In this document: positions 27,575 to 41,200 of the stretch, one piece after another
How the letters are laid out: each line of letters begins with the position of its first letter
Numbering within the stretch: the first letter of the stretch is position 1
Source of the DNA: Acanthaster planci
Lineage: Eukaryota
Length of the DNA stretch: 64,000 nt
Assembly: GCF_001949145.1 (NCBI RefSeq)
Contig: NW_019091359.1
Location: 3,202,431 to 3,266,430, forward strand
Direction of reading: 5' to 3'
The notes under the pieces: generated by a model
The model's database searches: none
What the model saw: only the letters and a program-made list of their open reading frames with translations
What the model was told of the DNA's origin: nothing
Translations under genes and position numbers: made by a program

Positions 27575-29603
27575 ACTCACGGGGGGGGGAACAACGGCAC
27601 ATCAAGGTCTTGGATCTTATAGGAGGGCGGCAAACCGGTTTTTTATTTCAAAATAAATATCCGATTTCAATTTTTTTTCATCACCTAAAAACTGCTCCCC
27701 TCGAATAATGCGGCAGTACCGTTTCTTAAAGGCTGTTGCTTCCACACCCCCCCCCAACACGCCACGGGGGGTGTTGATAGTGCGTAAACAGCTGTGTGAG
27801 TAAACCTTGCGCACAGGGGGTGGATGGGTTTGAAGCAACGTGTACGTGTGTAGAAAGAACAATAAAACTGATCTTCATAAATTATTGACACTTCCTCTTG
27901 TTCATACCCACGGGGACCAACGTCAGCGGTTTTATCTTAAAAGGTATCAGCGACACAGGTCTGATACGTCAAAGAGCAAAATGGAATACGTATTATACAG
28001 GGGTAGGGTGGGTCGATAACACTGCTGAAATGCCATCCATGCGCGCATCTTGCATACAGAGAGTCCACAAAGTCAATAGGCGTCGTTTGAGCGTCCATGC
28101 TCTCTGGGTTGCCCTACAAGATGGGAATACATGTACCTTTTGAATATACCTTCTCATAATGTCCACAGCTTTGATGACCGCTATGCACACTGCTAGATGT
28201 GTAGTGTGTAATTTGAAGCTGAAGCAACTTGAGGTGACTTTTGTGACAGCGAAGGAATGCAGGAGATACATCAGCAGACTGTGTCTAGGTTTTGCCCCTC
28301 TTTTTAATGGTCTTCTTCACATTTTGAGGACTTTCATGGGTGACATCGTTGGCAGGCCTTATCACCGCGTTGAGAGGACAAATTCTTCTGTCGAGCAAAT
28401 CAGAACCAAGTTGTGGGGACATCTCTTTGTCCCTACAATGTTTTCTGATCCCACAAATTCAAAGTTATGGAGTTCCGGGAAAAGTATTTGTAGGGTTGGC
28501 ATCCAATGATTGAATGTTATTCTGATGCACATAGACCCTATGACGTTTTCTTAAGAGGTATCATAAAATTCCCTTATAAACCGAAAGAGCGACAGGATTC
28601 CAAATCATCCTACTGTATATAAATAGAGACCGTAAGTAACAAAACGAATCACAAATCGCCAGAGCAACAGTTGATGGAATGTCTTTGAATCGCGCACCAT
28701 GTGAATTATTGGGAGCCCTAAACATTTTTCACCGACTGTCCTTTTTTCGTCATCAGGATATCGGTGATACATAAAAAACAAAGAACTTCATTTGCTCTTT
28801 CTCGTGCTGAGGAGCAAATTTGTTTTGATGGGTCAACCCAATTTGAACTGTTTTATCCAGGCGTTAGCGGCCTTTCTGAGGAGTGACGCTACTTTAGGGC
28901 TTCTTACACGTTTTTAAATGGAAGGGAAATAACAGACCCAAAACTTTTCTCGCATTATTTTGAGGGGTAGGAATGTCACCCTCCCTATCCATCTAAAAGC
29001 AGAACAGAATTACCGAAAACATGACCTTTAGACTGATTTTATGTGATGTAGTCACAACTTGGCTTCAAGTGGTCACGGTCCCATAAGAGACACCAAAACT
29101 GCAAACACCAGGGTTCAAGGTGAGTTGCGCCCGTCCTCAAAATCTGAGACTTCATTTTCTGAATAGTGAATAAGTTTTTAAGAATTATGCCATTTTTTGT
29201 TATATATCGTTGCGTTTGTGACCTGTTTGAGACTAAGGGCGTTTGCTGATCTTGGCTCTGTGCACAGCTAGTTAACGGTCCACGTATGAGCCACTTCCCG
29301 TTGGATTGTACTAATAGAAAACGCCTACTTTGTGTTTGCGTTGGAATTGCGCGGAGCTTACCGAGCGCATTATCCCACGGATCGGGGGTCGAAAAGGTAG
29401 TTAGCTGGGAGGTAACATCCTGTTTGCGTCGGGGTAGAGTTACTTCTCTCATCAAAAATGCCCGCGGCCAAACGGAAATGTTGGCCTATGAACATTTTCT
29501 TCATCATTTTGACGAGTTTTTACCAAAAATATACAGGGTTCGGAGAGAAAAGAAGTTTTCGAATTATCAATCAAAACGAATTTTACCAACTGCTTAACAA
29601 AAA

Positions 29604-29802
29604 TTTTTGTACCCACTTTTTTGACATGATTAACCGCGACATGTTTAGTGTTATGCGTTTAGGAATGTGTTGAAATGCTAAGCGGATTTTTAAGAGCTAA
29701 AACATGTACCACGGAAAAGCGCTTAGCATTTAAAGACATTCCTAAACACCTTGTAATAAACATGTCATGGGTTAAACGTGTGGGAAAAGTGGGTACCAAA
29801 AA
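29604..29802. repeat. Long imperfect palindrome / foldback MITE
   Basis: gtacccactttt..gacatgttta..tttaggaatgt..aaatgctaagcg mirrors cgcttagcattt..acattcctaaa..taaacatgtc..aaaagtgggtac. Confidence 0.8.
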
Positions 29803-30294
29803 GTGTTTAAACTGGAAACGTTATTTTTACAGTGGGGGGGCCGTGCTTCCAGCAAATTATTTCTTGAAAACAATGAGACAAAGGAACTTTTTTGGTATAT
29901 TTTATTTCCCTTCCTTCAAAGAATGTATACAAAGTCCCTAAGTGTGTCTTCACACCTCAGACAGACAATTAAAGTTTCAAGGAAACATACCCCCCTTCCT
30001 TGGATCTGTCCTTGTCTATATATAGAAATGGCCAGGGGACTTTTATTTTTTTAATGTACATTTTTATTTACCGCAACCAAAAAGAAATAATTATTATCTT
30101 CCAAATAAGTAGTTTAAACAGTAAAATTGTATGTTAATTCAAAGTTCTTTTTCAACACGTGCTTTAAATGCAAAATGTCAATTTATTATTTATCCTATTT
30201 ATATCTGTTCGTCTAACAGGGAATTAGGCCTATGCGTCAATAAAAGTAAGGATAAAGTGATAATTAAGAAGGCAATGTAGAAATGTTCAGTTTT

Positions 30295-30432
30295 AGAGGT
30301 GGGAGGAAAACCCAGCCAATGAATGTTCCAGGGTAAACCCACGGAGTCAGGCAAGAACCAAAAACTCTAAAAATTTGAACCTGGGTCGCAGAGGTGGAAG
30401 GAACGAAAAATCCACACTACCAACTTGACCCG
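30295..30432 (-). mobile_element. Degenerate tRNA-derived SINE fragment
   Basis: The plus strand reads gggaggaaaacc..aaacccacggagtcagg..tttgaacctgggtc.cagaggtggaagg..cact, i.e. the reverse of a B-box-containing tRNA-like head followed by a SINE body. Recognised from memory of invertebrate SINEs, not verified. Confidence 0.45.
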
Positions 30433-32206
30433 TTCATATAATAAATAAGACTGAATTTCGTTTCTCCCGTTCCGTTTCGTTTGAAACATTCAATTTGTCC
30501 GAGAAGCTGTAGACCGTAATACCGTGGGGACTCCATGGATTCAGGAAAAGAAAATTGAGCTTCAGTCTTCAAATTGGTGGGAAATTAATCTTCTGCGCCC
30601 ACTGAAAACAAAAACCTCATGCCTTTAGCAAGGAATCTTATTTTCAGCTCTTTTTCTGAACGTTGATAATTTTATGACAAGTTCGGTGAAAAGAAGCGAT
30701 TTACCGCAACGATCCAAATCTTCCATGACAACAGTTGCTAAGCAACGTCCCGTGGTTTTCCTCCTGGTCCAAAACGCCGGCGTGCAGCCGCGGGGCAGTT
30801 GGCAAAGAGACAAGAGAATAATTTATATAAATGGGATTTCACTCAAATCGTCTGCAGGATCGGCCTGAACAACTGCAAAGGCGGATATCTCCGTTTCCCC
30901 TTGGCTTGACAAAAAGTGCCGACAAGCGGCTGATAGGACAAAACTCGTCGAAGTAAACTTCCGATTTTACAAAAGCCCCTCCATCTGACAGAGATAAACT
31001 TGCCAAATGGAATTGTACTCCGGAGTTCATAGCGGCACATTAAGCCTGCTGCAGTGAAAAACAAACCAAGGTGGTATTGGAGACGGCTAGCGGAAATGGG
31101 AATAGTTAACACGGTTAGAGGACTACGTTATCTGCAATTGTGTAGCTGCCGTTGGCCTACCACATAATTTACAAAATTTGTAGCCCAGTTTAGGATGACC
31201 ACTATCCCCAATAAATGCTCTTCTTTGCTCAACTCAACAATTTACGGTGAAATTTTAGAGAGTTCAGGAGTGATGTGGCTGAATTAAGGGTCGGCTTATA
31301 TTCAGCGAGATATGGCGAAAAGAATTCGATCTTTTCAACCGGTCACCATGTTGTCCAAGCACGGACCGATACATAATCATTGCCAACAGCTCTAAGGCAA
31401 TGTCATTGTGGGTAGGGTTACAGGTTTAAGGGTGATCGGCCGTGCGCTGATATAGGTTACTGTTGTGCCATTTCATTATTTTAATATAACACAATGCGTC
31501 GTCTTAAGGCTTTCTTTATGTCTGCTTTATCTAGTCTTTAAAAGAAAAAAATTGTGGTTTGGAAACAGAAATCAATCTTAACGTCAGCCATGTTTTATCG
31601 TCACCAACATTCAAAATTCATATTTTGGGGCACTGAGAAAAAAAACATAGAAATCGGCACATGAAAGGTATCTTTGTGGTAAATTCTGTAATGCTCAAAG
31701 AACATTAAAACAAACCACGAAGTCAATATTATCTTACCATTTTATTGAATACAAATTAACTCTTTTACGATAAAAGAGATCAAACTATTTTCAAAATGTA
31801 CCCAGAAAAGTGCCTTAAATATTTATAAAGCATTATTCTACTCGAAAAACTCTCGTAATCTAAAGATTCTCCCAAACCTATAATAAAACTAAGCTGAAGC
31901 TATGGCACCGCCAGTTCAATCTTAGACCTTATTAGCTATGATTTCTGTGAGAAATTGAAAATGGAACTTGACTAACGACCGCCGGCTACCAACTTGCCGG
32001 GCTACCAACTTGCTCTTCGACCAGATAATTTTCCACCAGGCGATGCGCTCCCATTTTATTTGTTTTCCCATTTTTTTAAAAACAATTTTATTGAATTTAG
32101 ACACTTGTATCATGCACGATTATTGCTGATTCACCGTAGAAAACGAATCTATCAGCCTTGTGTGGTCGATGAAACTAGTCACGCCTTATTGATGTCAAGT
32201 GCGCGC

Positions 32207-35200
32207 TCAGTCTTTTTCATCCATCTTGTCACGTGGTATCATCACCACGTGGATACCCGTCTCGCTCCGCAGACAGCCTGCGTTGAATAGCTTGATCGTC
32301 TTGGTCTCGTCTGCCGAAAATACAAAATGGCGAAGCAGGATAGCAAAGGTGGTCTTGAGTTCAAACATGGCAAACTGTTGTCCGAGACAGTTCCTGAAAA
32401 GGGAAAAGGCCAGTATTGTCAAACTTCGTCAGGTCGTTACTTTCTACGTACGGTACGTCACAACTAAATAAAATTAATGGAATAGGAGATATTAATTACC
32501 AGAGGACACCCGTAAAAGACGAGAGTAATACAGAACCTACTCCCTTTTGATTATAAGCCTGCAAGAATTTGATTTTGTGGTTTGTGTAATTCGGTAACAG
32601 AAATCTTTCCTTTGATGGTGGACGCAAATTTATAACAATCTTTGGACGGATCACGAAGGTAACATGAAAAATCCATTTGTTTATTTGTGGTCGTAAAATC
32701 TTTCACGTAACTTGCCGCTAAAAGATAAGAAAGAGTTTAAAAGCATTTTTTTTATGAGATCAGCTGATATGTGGGTTCAGGTCCAGTGCTTTTATCAAGT
32801 TGTCTTCAATTAGACCATAATTTGTAGAATTTGGAAAAGGGCAAAGTTAGCTTTCCTTCCATGCGCGGTAAATCATCTGCAAAGTAACTAAACCGAGTCG
32901 ATTTTCTGGCGGAATTATTGTCGAGCTAGAAAGTAAAAGAAGAGAGAAACCAACATGAATAAGAAGACAAATGTGTCCCTATGACTAACCTAGGTCCAGC
33001 GGAGAAAGGTAGGAAGGCGTGGGGCGAGCGGCTGGCAGAGTTTTCTGGCGAGAAACGCTCTGGGCAAAACACCTGTGGGTTGTCCCATACCGTGGGATTG
33101 AGATGTAGACCACTCATAGAAATGTACACCGTCGTTTCTGCAGAAAACACGAGAAAAGTAGAGCAACCGATGCTACTGCAATGTGGCAGCTTGATCAGTA
33201 ATTTTGCTGCAGGTTCTCATTTTATCTCAAAGGACCCTATTATTACTCCGGACTTGGAAATGATCAGAAATGGATATCAATGTGAAATCGAAGACTACGT
33301 CCAACTTTGGTTATCCGTTGGAAACGATGCCAGTTTCAGACGCGACAGGAGAGTGGTGATGTAAAGACAATCGTTCAAAATGATACAGCTGGATTATTAA
33401 TGCCCCAATGAAACATGTTAATGAACAGAGATAATGTAAACAGATTCCTGCTAAGGAAAGTTGGCACAATGGGGATGCTACTCAAGTTAACGATATATTG
33501 TAAATATCTCATCTAAATTATTTGTGTCAATTCGATTCTTCTGACGCAAAACTACTGGACTCAAACAATATTCATTCCAATTATCTTACAAAGACAAGGT
33601 ATTTCTTACACTGTTACACATTTGCACAGAATTGGGAACCTGCGAATTGTAAGGTCCACATCGGTTTCAACTCGTACCCTTTTTTTGGGGGGGGGTGTTG
33701 GTGCAGTTTCAACCAGCACCAGATTTGTCGTTTGAATAGAAGGTATATTGTCTTAGCACTTAAAAAACAAACATGATGCAAAAGTTACATTTGTGACCCC
33801 TGCTATGTATCTAGATGTGGTATTGCTTTGTAGCAGAAAGTTACGCAGATCTCAGCTGTCACAGCTTTAATCTTCACTACATTGTCCCCTTAAAACTTCA
33901 ATGAAGGACTATATACAGACGTCTCATGAAAAATATTTGTCCGAGAATAACTACAAACCTCGCAAAAACACCTAATACACCTTGCAATTGGAAGGAAAAC
34001 ATTTATATTACCCTCCTGATTGTTGTGAAGGTTCCGACACAAGATCTGAAGAGGAACAGTGACAATCAATTTTTTTGTAACCTGAGAAATCGCTACAAAC
34101 CCAAAATGCTTTGTTGACCAGTTTGGGCACGTCTTTCGGCCGATGTGGTTTCCGTCTGACGAAAGGACTATACCAACCTAATCGAATCAAGAGCCACCCT
34201 GGGATATTAAGACCTGTTTTTCCTTCTATTGCTATGGTGATGTATAAAGCATTCAATCGTGCATGGAAACAGCACATTTTGCGGCGGTATTCTCTCTCCG
34301 TCTGTCACTCGTCGGCACGGAACACCACATGATGATACAGCTGGGTTCATTCAGCACACGGATGTGGCGCTGCAATTAATTAATTTTGGTGTCTAGTTTC
34401 GCCATGAGATCCACTCATTTTGATTGGAAATTAATGATACCCAGAGTCGCTATCTTCCTCCTTTCTGAAAAGCAGGCATCCACACTGAATTTTGAGTGGT
34501 TGTACCACGATATAAAATATTCCATCTCGTGTGGGTTTGTATGGAGTTAATGTGATTATCCAGAGAAAGTGTAAATTTAGCTTCTCCTTTTAATTTAACC
34601 ATTAGTGGAAATCTCAGAAGTAATATTGCAAATTTGAATTGTCCTTTGCTTTTCTCAGTTGCTTTTTCTGTGCTTTCTTTGCCATACCCGTCTTCTCCTT
34701 ATTTTCCTTTGAAACTTACTTTTCAGTCACAGCCTGTTTCAAGCCAATCTTTAAATAGTAATTCAAACTTTATGAGATCGCTTTTATTGTTATTATTTTT
34801 TATCGTTATTCAAGTCTTTTCGTAAACAAAACATGTATGGCTGTTGTCGTGGTGATGTGCAGTTTAGACACAAGAGTAAATTCCAAATGGTTGACAAATG
34901 GTAGATCGTGCTTAATTCTCCTGAGTAAACGCCTTGCTGGAAATCATAGGAGGTATGATGTTTAGCCCGGTGGCGAAACTATATGGAAAGTCCATCACTG
35001 TCCGTCCCCCCCCCGGAATTGAAATTTTGAGATCTACATAACCTATGCACAAGCCAGAGTTTGTCTTTCAGTGCTCCCTTGGAGAAATGTTTGCACTCCC
35101 TGTGCACCCTAGGAAATTACACCCTACTTGCTCCACTGGGAATTGGCGCCGATTCGGATTCGCCGTTTCTTTCCCGCATTACAGACGTTTCGGTTATTCT

Positions 35201-38200
35201 TTTAGTCAGTATGCCTGGTATCAGTGGTCACCAGTAATAACCGATAGAGGTCGTGGCTATGATATGCTTTGGTCCAGAGAGACAAAAGCAGCGGTGAATG
35301 CTACAGTGTGTTGATAGTATAGATTGATTGCCACGGGATGCTGTTACACGATATCGCGAAATACAGCCATGTCAGAAAAAAGCCCTAATTCAATGCATCA
35401 ATATTTATTCATATGGACCGTCTTGCATACGACAAAAAGAATTAATTAATGGGAGACATTACAATTTAACAGTGTGTAAACGGATTGCTGGACTCATGTT
35501 CTCTTGAACTTTGTTCATTAATTTCAAATGATATTTTTTTCCAACTGCATTCTACTCAATCATTCCGAAAGTGTAGCACTTGTCGAAACGAGCCACTGCA
35601 ACGACATTGTATTAACAGTGTTTCCCACCGGTATGAAAAGTGTCGTCAGTGTCAACTTGGAAAATGTTATCCACCTACCTATGCACCAGAAACTGTTATT
35701 GTAAAAGCAGCCCGACAATAAGTGTTTTGACAACGTGACAAGTTTTTGAACGGTCTGATTTTCTAACATATTCAGACTTTTGGGGAACCTTCAGAAAATG
35801 TTCTTCGCATTGTGTTTCAAATTTTATGTGCTTAGAATGCAGAGCTTTCAAGCCTTGTCACACGCATATCTTTCCGTTCCCGACATTTGGGCTCCGTGCC
35901 AATTGAAACACTGAAGCCCATGAAGGCGCAGTTAAGATGGAACACTCCAAGGTGACTGAAATAATGAAAAACTCAGGCAAATATTCGTCCTCAAATTCAG
36001 TCAACAAGATCGCAAATCCCTTAATCTCTGAGCAGTAAGACCTACCTGGCGGAATAACCCTGCCGTCATTCAGGACAAGCGGCTCGGTAAGACGGCGGAA
36101 GACAAAAGGCACGGTAGGGTACAAACGTTGACTCTCCTTGATGCACATGGTCAGGAAAGGGAGACAGTTCATGTCAGTCCTGGAGATGAAGAAAAGAAGA
36201 AAAAGTACTGTGTCTGCTTGGCAGAGTTTAATTGAAAACAAACAGATCTGTGGAATTGACATGACAAAGTAGAGTAAGTCACTTTATTAATTTGCGCTTG
36301 ATCATTCATCGCCTCTTTTATAGACCAGAGCTTTCAATTTTCCCAAACGCCGCAACCTCTCGTAGTCCATTCCAAATGCTATTAGCAATTTGCTCATTAT
36401 TTACCAACTTTCCGAAAGTTTCTTAGGGCAGGGTTAGTTATTTTTGCATCACTGGGGAATTATCACGAAGGGAGCTTTATCCTGTGGCCTGACCCATGTG
36501 GCTATATCATCAGCACTAACTTTCTGAATAATGGATATATATTTGCTATATTGGGCTGCAACTATGTGGAGACAAGACAATTATATTCAGGTTCGTTGAA
36601 TCGAACAGATTGGGTTTCATCTCAATTTCGTTCCCACACCTTGTAATCTGAAATTAGAATGATTTCCACCGTAAGTCGTCTCGCCCACTTAAGTTGATAA
36701 GCAGGTATTTTGTGCTGTACACACCAGTCCAGATGTTCACTGCCCTTGGCATTCATCAACTCGTCGACTTCTTTTCGACAGATATCCTGATACTCAGGAT
36801 GTTGAGCCAGACAATAGAGGGCCCATGTGGCAGCAGTGCTTGTCGTCTCGTAACCGCCAAACATGAATGTGTTCACCTCGTTCTGTATTTCATCCCCGCT
36901 AAGACCTTTCCCTTCGTCATCCTAGCCAGAAAAAAGGGATTTGTCTTCAAAGTTGCAAGAAAACATTACCATGCAAAAGACCTATATGTCAATGAAATAC
37001 ACCTGTATGACGTTTTTCTACCTGTTTTATTATTTCCGTTTATCAAATTTGACCTTGTTTTACCGAATTTCAATAGCGCGAAGATGATGACATCAATCGC
37101 ATTGGCAATTCACTGACATTTATACAACGTTATCACCAGTTTTCAATGTAACCCGAACTTGATATATGAGTAGACAGGTTAGTGGCTAGCTTCAGTAAGC
37201 CAAAAGTGCATTCCTGGAGGTATACAGTCCTGTAATAAATACTTTTCCTGTCGTCTAAGTGCAAATCAAAATTTCCCATTCATCAAAATTGTCACCAGTC
37301 TTTTTTTCTCAACCTTGTAATACGTACCCGTGCGTCTATCAAGATATCCAGTAAATCTCGAAACGCCCTCTTCTGGCTTTCTTTAGCCAAGCTCCTTCGT
37401 TGGATGATGACCTGCTTGGAGAAGTCGAGCGCCACCTTAAGAATTCTCCGGAAGTCTTTGCCATCCTGACAGTTGTAGAAGAGAAAGTCGAAGTATTGCC
37501 ACATGGTGACGAAGCGCTTGAAGAAGAGATCGGCTAACTTACGGACTGCACTCACGTAGGTACATCTAGGGGGCAAGGCAGACATAGGTCAGTCCTGGGC
37601 TAAGGTCCAATGTTAAATTCAAAGGGTTAGGGAATTACTAATTTCAAGATGTTGGACAAGTCATACAGCGGGTGCAAGTTAATTAAACATGTCAGCCGCA
37701 ATCAACGCAAGAACGACAAAGCTTCGGTTAAATATCGTCACGGAAAAAATTACATTGCCTCACAGGCTAGTCTAATACTGTTCTGAGCGTCAAGGTCTTG
37801 AGGGCGTGCTCGGGATTGGTGAAAAAATTGAGGACTCGTATAAGAAGTTTGTCCTACCAAATTACGAAAACAAAATCGCCATCTTTCCTAAGAAAAAATT
37901 CACAAGCGAGTTGTTCCGTATTTTCAATAATGGTTTGAATTATATTAAAGTGTAGCAGCAGCTGCAATGAATTTTTCTTAGACCCAATTTTTCTACATCT
38001 TTGTACTTCTCTTCAATGTATGAAAACTCTTACACACTCTGGTTAAATGCATTGAAAAGTGCACACTTTTAAACTATCCAAATTATCCATGTTTTCCGGG
38101 AAAACTGAGGGAGCTGTTGCTGTGACCTTATTTAGGGAAGACATGGTTCAGTGCATAGGTGTTTCTGTTCAAATTGTAAACCTAGAATTTACCAACTGAA

Positions 38201-41200
38201 AATATTTCTGAGAGAGGAATTGATGGGTTCTTATTTTTATGCCAATGACCATCGATGAAATAGCAAAGAAGAAGAAATTTAGTTCAGGAAAATCTACAAA
38301 AACGCAGGGCTTTTGCGTACAAGCCAATGTGACATTGAGGCTTCTTCCTGAGATGACATCACAGTTTTGCTCATGAATATGGAAATATCATTAGCATAAA
38401 ACCCTTTGAAATAGTGGAACCAAAGTTGAAAATCAGGTCTACTGAGGCACAGACATGCATTTTACAGGTTTGAGAAAACTATTGACTGCAGCTACCCTTT
38501 AACGATGGGGAAGGGGCATGGTGCCATGTGATCGCGCATTAGCGTGAATGAAGCTATCTGCAACCTTCAGCAAAAATATTATCGAACCCAGGCATTGGCG
38601 GTGAGAGCGCTGGACCACGAAACTATATGGCAGTTCGCTGTAAGCCCTCAGATTATGAATTAAAGGACTTATTCAGAAAACAATAGTTACGAAAGAACCC
38701 TTAAATTATACAAAACAAATCCGTCTTCCCACACCGGGAATCGAACCCGGGCCACGGCGGTGAGAGCGCCGGATCCTAACCACTAGACCATGTGGGAGTT
38801 CGTTGTTAACTTTCAGACTATGAATTACAGAACGTACTCAAAAAGTGACCTNNNNNNNNNNNNNNNNNNNNNNNNNNNNNNNNNNNNNNNNNNNNNNNNN
38901 NNNNNNNNNNNNNNNNNNNNNNNNNNNNNNNNNNNNNNNNNNNNNNNNNNNNNNNNNNNNNNNNNNNNNNNNNNNNNNNNNNNNNNNNNNNNNNNNNNNN
39001 NNNNNNNNNNNNNNNNNNNNNNNNNNNNNNNNNNNNNNNNNNNNNNNNNNNNNNNNNNNNNNNNNNNNNNNNNNNNNNNNNNNNNNNNNNNNNNNNNNNN
39101 NNNNNNNNNNNNNNNNNNNNNNNNNNNNNNNNNNNNNNNNNNNNNNNNNNNNNNNNNNNNNNNNNNNNNNNNNNNNNNNNNNNNNNNNNNNNNNNNNNNN
39201 NNNNNNNNNNNNNNNNNNNNNNNNNNNNNNNNNNNNNNNNNNNNNNNNNNNNNNNNNNNNNNNNNNNNNNNNNNNNNNNNNNNNNNNNNNNNNNNNNNNN
39301 NNNNNNNNNNNNNNNNNNNNNNNNNNNNNNNNNNNNNNNNNNNNNNNNNNNNNNNNNNNNNNNNNNNNNNNNNNNNNNNNNNNNNNNNNNNNNNNNNNNN
39401 NNNNNNNNNNNNNNNNNNNNNNNNNNNNNNNTATTAATTTCCTGACGATTTCGTCTGAAACAACACCTTTATTTTGTGCATAAAATCAATAATTTTTGTA
39501 TAATGCTACTTGTTACGGTCCATGTGACTGCAAAGTGTCAGATTTGAGGTTAGCCAATAGGTCTTATGCACACCGAGAATCGAACCCGGGCCTCGCGAAA
39601 ACGTGCAAAATCGAAGTGCAAAATCGAAGTGCAAAATCAGATTTGAGGTGGCGTGGTATCTTTCAGGTCAGCAAATAGCTCTTATCTGCTTCCATTGATA
39701 TGTGGTTTGACCCAAAAACACACTGATAAGTGTCTGGCCTGACGTTGGTGTGACTAATGGGCCTCCGTACACACTTTGTTCCACGTACGCTTTCCTGTGG
39801 AGGAAAAGGAAACCAAGTGCGTCGTCAGCACAGAGGTTTATTAGTTTCCTGCAGTGGTGAAAAATGTGTTTTTCCGTGGAAAGGTGTAAATTAAACAAGA
39901 ATCCGAAAAGTGCAAACTATATATCTGAAGCGGGATGAAAGTCTACTTATTGAAGTCATTGTATGTTGAGTGCAGACAGCTATCATTAGGTTGTGTCAAG
40001 AAACCGCCCACAACTTGGTACACGAGCACCCCCTCACCGTTGAAGAAATTATAGAGGCGGGCCGACACCTGAACGCTTTAGCTATCGTTCGGCTCCCGCG
40101 CGAAAGAAGTGGTTTACGCATTTCCACGCCAGACGCGCATTGAATGCTTGCGCGTGGTTTGCTCTTGGTAACGTCAGTCCTAACCAGCGCCCTCTGCTGA
40201 TCACGCACCCAGCTGATAAACCCGTGATCAAGTAGTTTTGAAACAACTTACCACCAGCCTGTGTGCACATTCACTGAAGATGTTGACGTGGGGTCGAAGT
40301 CCGGAGTAGTGGAAGGCCGGTGATACCAGTCGTCTGTTCCGCGCCCACTTCTCTCCGTAGCTTGCCACCAAGCCGTCGCCGATCCATTCCTGAAGAAACC
40401 TCATAACTGACTCCTGCTTCGGCTCTGTGAAACAGGACAGGAGATACGGTTAAGAGCAAGAGTCACCAGTCACACAAAAAAAAGAAAGTCTGATGATAAT
40501 TTTTACCGTGTACCGTGTAGCAATTTTCCACAAAGTACTAGAAGCTGATTTAATATTATAAATTAGATCAAATAAGATTTTAACGTTTTCTACCATATTG
40601 GTGTTTCATGCCAGTTGGGTAGTCAGGAGCCGTTTCAACAACCAAAGGCGATTTTTCGGTTCTATTTCATTTCAATTTCCCTCAAAAGCTTCTTCCAAAG
40701 CCCATAAATGTAGCCCCACCGATCAGAAAGGCCATAAAAGGTTACAAAAATGTTCTTAAAATTTTGGCCCTCCCCCAATTTGGTTCTGGATCCATCTTAA
40801 ATTCAGCTAAGCCATAAACTGCTCCACTATTAAAGCGAAGTTTGTTGATTTTGCCTGGAACCCAAGATGTTAGTGTGTACAGAAAAAAATGACAGATGGT
40901 CAACAAATTAATGGTCAGCTGATCGAACTTGGCTGAGAGTAATGCAAAGCCCACGGATGCTTACCGTTTTTATTGGCGACTGCTTTGACAGTTTCCGGGC
41001 TGAAAACCACCACACCAGGCATGAACGGCCCGAGCCAGAACTGCATGGCGTCCGTTACTTCCTCGTAGTTGAAGTGAAATTCACGACCCATACCATTATG
41101 GCCTTTCGTGTACTGTATAAGAAAGACCATATTTTATCAGTCAAAATATCGACTGGTGATTTGATTATTACCCAAAGGCCTATTTGCTTTTCGTTCAAGA

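Noticed and set aside
37770..37820. [14 protein letters not shown] on the minus strand as the missing CYP exon
   Set aside because: Immediately followed by a stop, with no suitable splice sites. The resemblance is superficial.
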